Positions 1-10,503 of a stretch of 20,000 nucleotides of DNA are shown in pieces; positions within the stretch are counted from its first letter, which is position 1; every line of letters begins with the position of its first letter. The DNA comes from Atractiella rhizophila. Taxonomy: Eukaryota. The notes under the pieces were generated by a model. That model searched no databases, had not been told where the DNA came from, and saw only the letters and a list, made by a program, of their open reading frames with translations. Position numbers and translations under genes: made by a program. Where the stretch lies: NCBI GenBank assembly GCA_021432655.1, contig MU271444.1, positions 44,635-64,634 on the forward strand. The letters run 5' to 3'.

Positions 1-85
1 CATAAACAGGATACGTCTAAGTGGGATGATGTTACAATGAAGGGGTCAAGGAGGATGTGCGCAGGCACTGAAGGATGAGGGGTTA

Positions 86-3028
86 TCAACGGATCCAAAA
101 GCTATGAACGAACCCGACGAAGCACACAATCGCGACGAGGAAGAAGCCTAGAGCGTAATTGAAGGGGTAATTTCGGGCATCAGGTCCATCTGCAATGGAA
201 TACGACCAAATCGCGCCGCCAATAAGAGGTCCCAAGAAGCGAGCAGCTGCAAAAGTATGTCAGCAATTTGATGAAAGGTAAACGACAAGGATACCTGATA
301 CTACGCTCTGAGCGGTACCGTTTGCCAAAGAGACGAGAGGTGCTGGCGTCATCGCGTTGACGAGAATCATGATGGCGGTATATGAGCAGACACTGGCTAA
401 ACTTCGGATGACTGGTAGCCCTCGTGAGTATCCGGTTGATAGCAGGTAAGGCATATATACCCATGAGCAGGAGCATTCCAAACATTACAAATCCATTTGT
501 ATTTTGGTGGAGCAGTCCTCGAAGTTCTGGGAAGAGGAGGTAGACTGGAATGTAGAGCAGCAGTCCGAAACGGAACATGAAGAGGTGAGAGAAGTGGCCT
601 CTTGGCGGTCCGACGTTGGGGTACTGTTAAACACATCTTTAGAGTGGAACAGTGTGGACGAGTGTTAAATCTCACGAAGCGGAATTGAAACAGCATTTGG
701 AAGAAGCATAACTGTTTAGCCAGTCAAAAATACGCCATCGTGAACAGAATGGAACTCACGAGTGCGATGAGTGTGGCGTAATCCGAAGCTCTCAGGCCCA
801 ATCCACCGCTCGCAACAGGGGTTACCAAAAACGACCTGTTTTGCACCAGTTCACTTTCCCCCACATAGGATGAACAGAATTACGGACATGAAGACTTGGT
901 CGCAAGTGGTTCCATGAAGAGCCACAACGGCATACTGGACGATGAGAGTGACAGGGAGTAACTTCCACACACTTTCCTGCATTCCATCCCCAGGAATAGT
1001 TTCCGCGGGAGGGACAGTCGTCTCTCCTCCGGTCAGCTGAATCACATCTTCCTCCTGCTCCTCCTCTTCCGCCCCAACATTCACCGGCGTCTTCGTCAGA
1101 CCAGTGTTATGAAAGATCGCACGAACGGATGAGGTAGAGCTGGACCTCCTGAGAGAAAGAGGAGCCAGAGTCCGTCCCACCCCTCTGCCTCTGTCCAATT
1201 CTCCATGGTCAGGCTCTTTAAGCTTTTGGCTCGGCTGGAAAAGCGCAGAAGGACGCGTATCAGGGAGGGGGAATAGGAGGTCTTCTGGGGTATCTGCGGT
1301 GGAGATAGCGGCTTGGATGCCGAGACCTATCGTCGGACGAGTTTGTTGAATGTCCTTCCACGGTCGCGCGTCTTCTTCTGAAACTTCCCTTGGACCAACT
1401 TGGTACCTGGAGCGGGAGTAGAGGGCTTGCTTGCGAGTGGCGTTTCGGACATCCGTTTCATTATGGGTTGCAGCATCGACCCATAGATCGGAGATGGAGA
1501 AAATATTGTTATCGTTGGACATGAGCAATCTTCCATTTGCATCAGCCTTCATGATTCTGAAGGAAAATCAGACGAGAACTTACCGCTTCGCAAAGCCTCC
1601 ACTAGTGCTAGTCCTCGACCTCAAACTAGAACCACTAGCTGAACTTCTCCTCCGCCCCGTCCCTCTTCCCTGAGTCGGATAACCGTACCTCCTATCATCC
1701 TCACTCGAACTCTCCTTCCCCTTCCCCTTTCCTGGAATAACAAAGCTGATCTTCCTCGTCGGCTTCGTCACGATCGGAACCTTTGAGCTCCCTTGCCGGT
1801 CATCATCGCTGTCGTCCGGCGAGCTAGCAGAGGATACCCCAATGGTCTTCTCCTCCCCCTCTAACCTGATACCGCCTTCTTTGACCCCTCCGTCCCATCC
1901 AAGGAAGATGGAGAGGAGGCAACCCGTCCCGGTGACACAAGCGGCTATGAGACATGGGAGGAGGTATGGATGCACAACGAAGATTTCGAGTTTTGGAGAG
2001 CTGAAGAGAGAAGGCAATTTGAGAGCTGGATGTTCTGTCAGGCCACCAATGATTGGGCCAACCTGTGGCATTCATGGAGCTCGTCAGTACAGCCCGCAAT
2101 GAGGATGTCATTCTTCCACATCCTGAGATGCGCCGCTCTACGCAGACGCAGTCCATCCATACTGAGAACAGAAGGTAGACTCACGATTCCGCCCATTCCC
2201 CAACAGAACCCCACAAGAGCATAAGCCCTCTGCTCATTTGTCGTGTCCGTAACGTCCTTCACAACTCCGCGCGCAACGCCAACGGCACCATTGAATAGAC
2301 CTTGGGCGAATCTAATGAGCAAGAGCTGTGGCAAGCTTGTAGCAGTTCCTTCATTCCAAAACCAAAAGACCTCAATGTCCAACCTTTACTACAGGAAAAG
2401 CAAAAGCAGACGTACCAAACAGCAGCAACGAGATGGTATTACCCGCCAAACTGCTCATCAACACCACCCTCCTGCCGTGTTTTCTCCCAATAGAAGCCCA
2501 TAGCAGACTGGTCAGGAATTGAGAGAGGAAGAAAGTCGAAGCGACGATTCCGGCCCATAGTCCGACTTTAGATTCGAGACCTTCTTCAGCTTCCCCAGAC
2601 TCTCGGAAGAAGCCCTCGATCATGAAGAAGAGGAAAGGACCGGCGACAGAAGCGGACAGAAATTCGCCAATCATTATGATGCAGAGCACCGTCATAGGTA
2701 CAACGGGCAAAGGCGTGATGGACTCGCCATCCTTCGAGACCTTGCTCTGACGATACCGCGGCAGAGGCAGCTTGGGGATCGAGGGCCGATACGGTTTTGA
2801 GGAATAAGAGAAAGCGGGCTCTTCGAACGTGTTCATCTCCACTGGCAGCAGGGGATCATTGTCCACAGTCGACGGCCGTGGGACGCTGGACATCCGCGGT
2901 GGGAAGCGAACGAAGGAGGCAAGGCGGTCGAGTAGCGTGGCCTTCTTCCTGCGCTTGAAGGAGGTCGGTGGCGCAGGTGGCCGCGGTGGCATCGTCAGGG
3001 GAGCTGGGGAAAGTGCTCGAGCTAACAT
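86..3028 (-). CDS. Major facilitator superfamily transporter (ZIF1/YCR023C-like), 9 exons, ~816 aa, with a very long central cytoplasmic loop
   Basis: Spliced model: 3028-2416, 2348-2185, 2062-1584, 1529-888, 835-760, 711-676, 623-461, 411-295, 246-86. All introns are GT-AG, the frame is continuous, and it ends in TGA at 88-86. MFS motif A-like 'WASIGRKHGRRVVL', plus 'RFAQGLFNGAVGVARGVVKDVTDTTN' and 'SLANGTAQSVVSAARFLGPLIGGAIW', with multiple hydrophobic helices. Confidence 0.9.
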
Positions 3029-3263
3029 GTTGGTCGTCGAAAGTGAAGCTGAATTCGCTAACAAAGAATACGCAGCCCCATTGATCGACTTTCTGGCTAC
3101 TGCGTAATTTAATGTCTTGTACAATACTTAATGCACCAGAATTCCGGAATCATTCTCGAGAAGCACCATAACTAGCCACTTCATCAGATTTGCATCCTTT
3201 CATTAAGGCAGTCGCCTGACAGGCTGTCGTAAACCTTTTTTTTATCGATCGCGTTGGTTGAGG

Positions 3264-5058
3264 ATGGCGTCCTTTCTTCCTTATCACGAACCAAGCATAC
3301 GAACAATCCTCATAAATGGGAGCTTTCTTCTGACCCTCAACTGGATCAATTATATCCTGGATTCCACAGTCTACTGTGGCTTAATCGGGCAAATATTCAT
3401 CGGGGTCGCCTGGGGAACACCAGCAGGTAAATGGCTCACAGAAGAAGCGGAACATACCATTGTTCAGTTGGGATATTTGGGCTTGATCCTTCTCGTTTAC
3501 GAAGGTAACAATTCTATCTGCCATTGAAAGTCTGTAGCAGCTGACACTCAAGATGATTAAACTGAAAGGTGGCCTTTCGACGTCTTTTTCAGCTCTCAAA
3601 GCGAACTTGTTACTGTCTACAAGCGTGGCCCTGACGGGCATACTCATGCCCATCGCTCTCTCCTTCCTCCTCGTCCCCATCGCAAAAGCGACCCATCTTC
3701 AAGCCTTTGCCGCCGGAGCAGCTCTCTGTTCAACCAGTTTGGGGACCACCTTCACCGTTCTATCGACTAGCGGACTAACCAACTCCCGTCTCGGAGTGGT
3801 GTTGACGAGCGCAGCCATGATGGATGACGTTGTTGGGCTGGTGATGGTGCAGGTCATTTCGAATCTCGGGAACTCCTCTTCGTCAGGTCGAGATGCTTTG
3901 GAAGCCACAGACGTGATTCGACCTATCGCGGTGTCGATCGGTTTTGCCGTGCTCATACCGTTAGCCTGCAGGTGGATCGTGAAGCCTTTGACAGAGTTCT
4001 TGAATCGAAAGAGAATGGAGAGGAGAGATGGTTTTGCCAATCGTATACTCAGGTTGGAACACACTCCGCTGATTCTGCACCTTCTTATTCTCCTCGCTTT
4101 TGTTGCTGCTGGATCTTACGCTGGGACGTCGAATCTCTTCACGGCTTATATCGCTGGAGCATGCATTGGTTGGTGGGATACAGAAGTTGGCCATTGCACC
4201 ACGTCTCCTCCTAGCTCCCAATCCACGATCGAGAACGAACCCGGAGCTCAAGCAATCAAAACCAGTAACAAAAGCGACCAGCTCGAGGATCGCAGCAAAA
4301 GGACGGGGCAAGCAATCTACTCTATATATCTCTCCCATGCGGTGGACCGGATTCTCAAACCCTTTTTCTTCGCGTCCATAGGATTTTCCATTCCTATTTC
4401 CCGCATGTTCGACGGCCCAGTCATCTGGCGAGGTATCGTCTATAGCATTCTCATGGCCTTCGCAAAGATCGTCTGTGGACTATGGCTTGTCAGGATGTCC
4501 ATGCCACCAGCAATTCCTAGAATCCTGAGAAGACTAAATGGTGCTCTTCCAAAGATTTCTCACGATTGGTGGCCGTGGAAGAAGAACAGTAACACGGCGA
4601 AATCTCGATCTAAACCTCTTAAACCGCCCGCCTCTCCCTCTCTCGCCATCACAAGGAAGAAGCGCAAAAGTGACGACTCTCCTAAACAACCTACCCAAGC
4701 AGAATCGTCGCCGGAAGTGGAAGTCTCTCCTCGTCCGAATGATCACACCTCTCCAGATCCTCCGAAACCTCTTTCGTTGTACCCAGCAGGAATTCTAGGG
4801 TGTGCAATGGTCGCAAGAGGCGAAATAGGTTTCCTCATTTCCTCCCTCGCCGACAGCAGAGCCATCTTCTCAAATAGTGAAGGCGGAGATGGGGAGAGCG
4901 ACCAAATTTTTCTCATCATTATTTGGGCTATTATGGTCTGCACGATCGTTGGTCCACTCAGTGTTGGACTTTTGGTGAAGAGAGTGAAAAGGTTGGATAG
5001 TGGACATCAAAATGGTGGTGGCGCGAATGGACCACTTGGAGTTTGGGGTGTCAAGTAA
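3264..5058 (+). CDS. Cation/H+ antiporter (Na+/H+ exchanger family, CPA2-like), 2 exons, ~576 aa
   Basis: Exons 3264-3504 and 3569-5058. Intron gtaaca...gctgac...aag restores 'LILLVYEGGLST'. CPA motifs 'GAALCSTSLG', 'SAAMMDDVVGLVM', 'PFFFASIGFSIP' and 'AMVARGEIGFLI'; many transmembrane segments. Confidence 0.92.
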
Positions 5059-7009
5059 AAGATCTAGAGTTGACACCACTCTCTCTTTCTGTACATATTT
5101 GACTGCATAATGATCATTTCCAAAATCGATCTGTGGAGCGCTCATCCTCATGCTGTTAGGAACCTCGAAGCGGAATGACTGATATGACACAAATGACTGG
5201 TCTTGTCCCACAATTAGAGCCACGAATACAGTTCTTTGGCCATAAAAGGGGGAGTCTCTGAAGAAGCAGGGCCAGCGAATTATCAAGCCAGCTTTGAACG
5301 CCTAAAATGACTCAAGACTCGAGCGAGAAGAAATCCTCGTCCCCATCGCAAAAGCGACCCATCTTCAAGCCTTTGCCGCCGGAGCAGCTCTCTGTTCAAC
5401 CAGTTTGGGGACCACCTTCACCGTTCTAACGACGAGCGGACTAACCAACTCCCGTCTCGGAGTGGTGTTGACGAGCGCAGCCATGATGGATGACGTTGTT
5501 GGGCTGGTGATGGTCCAGGTCATTTCGAATCTCGGGAGCTCCTCTTCCTCTTCGTCAGGTCGAGATGCCTTGGAAACCACAGATGTGATTCGACCTATCG
5601 TGGTGTCGATCGGTTTTGCCGTGCTCGTCCCTCTGGCCTGTCGGTGGATCGTGAAGCCTTTGACAGAGTTCTTGAATCGAGAGAGAATGGAGAGGAGAGA
5701 TGGTTTTGCCAACCGTATCCTCTGCTTGGAACACACTCCGCTGATTCTGCACCTTCTTATTCTCCTCGCTTTTGTTGCTGCTGGATCTTACGCTGGGACG
5801 TCGAATCTCTTCACGGCTTATATCGCCGGAGCATGTATCAGTTGGTGGGATACAGAAGTTGGCCATTGCACCACGTCTCCTCCTAGCTCCCAATCCACGA
5901 TCGAGAACGAACCCGGAGCTCAAGCAATCAAAACCAGTAACAAAAGCGACCAACTTGAGGATCGCAGCAAAAGGACGGGGCAAGCAATCTACTCTATATA
6001 TCTCTCCCATGCGGTGGACCGAATTCTCAAACCCTTTTTCTTCGCGTCCATTGGATTCTCTATTCCTATTTCCCGCATGTTCGACGGCCCAGTCATCTGG
6101 AGAGGTATCGTCTATAGCATTCTCATGGGCTTCGCAAAGATCGTCTGTGGACTATGGCTTGTCAGGACGTCGATGCCTTCAGTCATTCCCAGGATCATGA
6201 GAAGACTAAAAGGTGCTCTTCCAAAGATTACTCACGATTGGTGGCCGTGGAAGAAGGATAACAACAAGTCGAAATCTCGATCTAAACCTTTTAAACCGCC
6301 CGCCTCTCCCTCTCTCGTCGTCACAAGGAAGAAGAGTAAAATTGACGCCTCTCCTAGACAACCTACCCAAGCAGCAAAGTCGCCAGATGTCGAAGTCTCT
6401 CCTCGTCCAAACGATCACACCTCTCCAGATCCTCCGAAACCTCTTTCGCTGTACCCAGCAGGAATTTTAGGATGTGCAATGGTCGCAAGAGGCGAGATAG
6501 GTTTCCTCATTTCCTCCCTCGCCGACAGCAGAGGCATCTTCTCGAATAGTGACGGCGGAGATGGGGAGAGCGACCAAATTTTTCTCATCATTACTTGGGC
6601 TATTATGGTCTGCACGATCGTTGGTCCACTCAGCGTTGGACTTTTGGTGAAGAGAGTGAAACGGTTGGATGGTGGACATCAAAATGGTGGTGGTGGCGTG
6701 AATGGACCACTTGGAGTTTGGGGTGTCAAGTAAAAGATCTAGAGTTGACACCACTCTCTCTTTCTGTACATATTTTGACTGCATAATGATCATTTCCAAA
6801 ATCGATCTGTGGAGCGCTCATCCTCATGCTGTTAGGAACCTCGAAGCGGAATGACTGATATGACACAAATGACTGTTCTTGTCCCACAATTAGAGCCACG
6901 AATGCAGTTCTTTGGCCATAAAAGAGGGAGTCTCTGAAGAAGCAGGGCCAGCGAATTATCAAGCCAGCTTTGAACGCCTAAAATGACTCAAGATTCGAGC
7001 GAGAAGAAA
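3668..7009 (+). repeat. Direct tandem duplication: unit 1 = 3668-5333 (1666 bp), unit 2 = 5334-7009 (1676 bp)
   Basis: Both units begin tcctcgtccccatcgcaaaagcg and end ...cgagcgagaagaaa. They are colinear throughout, with scattered SNPs, two in-frame coding indels (+6, +3) and one 1-nt non-coding indel. Confidence 0.97.
5334..6733 (+). pseudogene. 5'-truncated second copy of the cation/H+ antiporter (lacks the first ~113 codons and exon 1); reading frame still open to TAA at 6733
   Basis: Protein nearly identical to the C-terminal ~460 aa of the 3264-5058 gene. No native start. The duplicated GFA ATG at 5307 is out of frame and stops at TAA 5427-5429. The first in-frame ATG is at 5483. Confidence 0.75.
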
Positions 7010-7430
7010 ACGTACACCGGAGGCTGCCACTGCCGTTCCAATATCTATGAGTTCAAGTGTCCGCCTCTCGACTCTGCCAAGGCGGAGCTGCACTATTGCA
7101 ACTGTTCCTACTGCAAGTATGACACCGGAGTTTCAATGCAAGTGCCTCCTCTTAGGAATTGATAATTTCTGACCATCCCACAGCGCCGTCCCTTCCTCCG
7201 ATTTCCGTTTCATAAAGGGGAGCATGGAGAACATGACCGGCTACTTCTTTGCCAACAAACGCATTGGACAATACTTCTGCAAGACTTGCGGCGTCACTAT
7301 TTTGGCACATTTTGACAAGATGGACGAGTACATTGTCGGGCTGAGATGTGTCGATGATTTCGAGCTGACGGATGAGATTGCGAAACGCGCAAAGTTGTAC
7401 GATGGTAAAAGTGTTGCTATCAAAACCTGA
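6983..7430 (+). CDS. GFA (glutathione-dependent formaldehyde-activating)/CENP-V/Mss4-like zinc protein, 2 exons, ~126 aa
   Basis: Exon 1 (6983-7116) encodes MTQDSSEKKTYTGGCHCRS...LHYCNCSYC. Intron 7117-7183 (gtatga...ctgac...cag). Exon 2 (7184-7430) contains 'YFCKTCGV'. GxCHC / CNCSxC / FCxxCG is the GFA family signature. Confidence 0.88.
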
Positions 7431-8497
7431 ACTGTTTGAATGTATGTGGAACCCTTCAAGGACAACGATCAGGCAGCTGTGAGCGTACATAAAAACATTT
7501 CGTTGCTGAAACGGATTCCAGTCAAGAATGCTCCAGTCTGGCAGGGCAAAAAGTCGGAGCCACATCACATTGGAAGCTCAACCTCCTTTTCGTGTCCTTC
7601 ATGCTCGTATGAAGGCTTTGAAATGCACTTTCCCTTTTCTCGGTTGTCATGTATTCCCTTTCATTGGGTGGATTCATCTCTTCAAAGCGCGACGATATCT
7701 TAATTTCAAATCGCGGGAAGGTTGCGGTGAACCTTCTTCAAGTTACAAGCAGGAGGAATGTTATTCAACCTTCAAGTTGTCCCTACTACTTCATTTGTTT
7801 ATTTGTTTTGATTTAAACTCATGCCATGATGACTACTCAAAAGGTTGCCTCGAGCAGGTTGCTGTGTAGCCCTTGTTTAGTGTTTCAACTGGATCGTTTT
7901 CCTTATCAACTTTACACGCGAAGCTTCAAGTTTGTTCATTCAGCGTCATTTGTTATTTTTCAGTCGCAAGGAACATGTTCGTTGTTTTTATCAGCAGTTG
8001 CCACGCGCAGAAGAACGATTGGATATGTCGACATGTGACTTGTTGCCGCTATTCATGATAGCAATCGTACTTCCTAGCCGGGGTGATGTTGATTTCCATT
8101 GGGCCTATCTACTGCCTTCTTTGTTATCCTGTTACGCACTGCCGGAGTCATCGAACATCCGCCTGATAAATGTAATCAAGCGATTAATGAGGTTTTAATA
8201 CCCCGATCTTGAAGTGCTGAACGCGTCGCGGGCACGCGAACTTACCAAAATAGACACTCCGTGCCTGCAGAGAACCTGCTTTCCGTTTGTCACGCCCCCG
8301 TCGCTTCCAGCATTCCTGTTACTCCTTAAAACCTTACGGCAGGATATATAATGATGCAGCAGACCCAGTTATGAATGAACCGCCTGGGTAGTTGCGAGAG
8401 TCCGAACTTCTCGTCAGTCATACATACATCTTAGACTCTTGTTTGCTCTCCCAGAGATTTACTTCTGTGTCTGAACGTTCTATTTTACTTGACCACC

Positions 8498-10221
8498 ATG
8501 AAAGCCTTCATCACTGTCGTTACCGCAGCGAGTTTATTCGCAACAACTTCAGCGCAGTATTCAGCCACCTACAATCCCGGGTCCTTGCCGAACCAGACAG
8601 AAACTGGTCAAGAGGGATACAACATTTGTGGGAATGGTAATAGCCAAGATTCGATGTGTCAGGTCCGTATTCTCCACTGACGAATGTTTCCGGAGAACAA
8701 CGTGTTCTTCTGTTGTTCGTTTCCCAGTTCAAGCACGTACTAATGGTACCTATCCAGACATTGTACTTCAACTCGTGAGGCTCTCCGTTCTCACGGGATC
8801 AATGGCATTTATCGGCCGACGTCAGGCTCAATGACTTCTGCGTCTGGGGTCCTCCAGGTCCAAAGGCTGAGGAGATCGGAGAGAGCGAACGTTACGAGGT
8901 CGCTTGGTGCACCAAACCAGGTTCGTCAGCCCGTCCTTCACGCGAAATACGCTTGATAGCACGAGCTAGGTTATGGCACGAGGTTGATCCCTGATGGCAC
9001 TATCACGGGTGCACATTGGGTGAGCGCTGTTGTCTCCATATCTCTGCGATCCATTATTCATGAGAGTTCAGGTCGAGACTCCTGATTACGTTCAGATTAC
9101 TGGCAAGTTAATCACGACAGCTCTAGAGTTTTTCTGAATACCATCAGGCTATGGAGATTTCACAAAGGTATGTCAATGCTTACCTGGGCTTTCTAAACTG
9201 ATGGCTCACGGAAATGATCAGATAAACGTCGTTCCCGGGAACACAGCGAACAGTGCAGGAGAACTAGGTATGGTTTCGTTTGCTGCTGAGAGTAAATATG
9301 ACAATCTGCTTTAGACCCTCATGGAGCTGATGGTTTGTCCTTTACTCTGGCACGAGCTCCAGTCCTCATCTCTCTTTCCATCTTAGGCAACGGCAATCCA
9401 ATCGGCGGAATCGTGTTCACAACCGCTTTTGGTGGTGGTGTGACACAAGCCCATGAATGGACAAATTTCATGAGCAATACCGTATTCTGTTTCCGCGTGT
9501 GCAAGGATGGGCCGAATGCGTGGCTTTGGTGGTACGTTTGCGCCAGTTCTCGAAATTCAACTGAAATATGTGCAATGCAGCCAACATATTTATGATGTGA
9601 TGGGGTAAGCCAGTTTTATAAGTTCCGTGACAGCTCCTGCTTACTTGAATAGTTGCGAATGGAATAACCCTGGTGAATTCTACTGTGTTCACAAGCCAAC
9701 TTTCAATTTTGCTGACAGCTTGATGCAGGTGACTACACAATTGGGACTTTCGATTCATGCGATGGAGACTCTGGACAATTTCCAGGTAAGCGATGCTTTG
9801 GAGAATCGGCCGCCATATCTTTGCTTAGACGTCTCTAAAAGGAATTGATAACGGCTCTACTTTCCATCAAGACAACGGACACACTCCTGCTGCTCATCCT
9901 GCTCCTCCCAAATCCAACTGCGTCCCTCAAAACACAATCTCCCCCAACAATGCTGTTGCCCTCCCCCAAACCACCAGCACGACAACGACTTCGACAAGTA
10001 CAAGTACAAGCACAAGCACAAGCACCACCTCAACTTCCTCTACGACTTCCACTACAATTGTCAACAACACTCCTTCGCGCTCGACTACTGAAACTGCTTC
10101 ACAGGCAACCGGTACAAAGGCAAGCTCGTCCCAAGGTGACCACTCTGGAGCTACTATACTCGCTGGTGGCACTGGCTTCGGATTTGTCAGCATGATGCTC
10201 GCTGTGGCTGCATTGTTTTAA
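8498..10221 (+). CDS. Secreted, probably GPI-anchored mannoprotein similar to the Cryptococcus MP88 / 'macrophage-activating glycoprotein' family, 13 exons, ~355 aa
   Basis: Exons 8498-8662, 8758-8774, 8826-8920, 8970-9019, 9072-9102, 9148-9167, 9222-9267, 9315-9332, 9387-9531, 9581-9604, 9653-9672, 9729-9785, 9842-10221. Signal peptide MKAFITVVTAASLFATTSA. Motifs 'DFCVWGPP', 'VAWCTKPGYGTRLIPDGTITGAHWVETPDYVQITG', 'GELDPHGADGNGNPIGG', 'EWTNFMS', 'CQHIYDVMGC'. Ser/Thr-rich stalk and hydrophobic C-terminus. Confidence 0.88.
9993..10024 (+). repeat. Coding hexamer repeat (ACAAGY)x5 encoding Thr-Ser repeats of the mannoprotein stalk
   Basis: acaagt acaagt acaagc acaagc acaagc read directly in the last exon. 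Confidence 0.85.
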
Positions 10222-10503
10222 TTACACACAGCGTTCCACTGGGAGCAAACAGGTTGATTAGGGCTTTATGGACTGACTGATTTCACCATCGTTTCTCTAC
10301 GCTCTTTGGTAGTAATCATAAGGCCATGCCAATGAATTAATATTTCTAATACATACTGGTACAGTAATAACGACGAGAAATAAGTTCATTTTCTATGAAG
10401 AGAAAGCAAAGCCTGTATAAATATAAATAAAGTTAAAGTTCAAACAAGGAAAGGAATTGTAATTGTCTTTGTCTAAAGAGATCCGCCCGCCGTACCACTC
10501 AAC

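Noticed and set aside
3699..6962. Duplicated antisense and alternate-frame ORFs over the antiporter copies
   Set aside because: Shadow ORFs that recur only because the DNA is duplicated.
3668..7009. Possibility that the direct repeats are LTRs or transposon-derived
   Set aside because: The repeats consist entirely of host gene sequence, are directly adjacent, and have no TG...CA termini, target-site duplication, transposase or RT.
7440..8200. Several 60-113 aa ORFs between GFA and the mannoprotein gene, and an ATGATGA (box C-like) at 7826
   Set aside because: No recognisable motifs or coherent splice model; AT-rich intergenic character; no suitably placed box D or terminal stem for a snoRNA.
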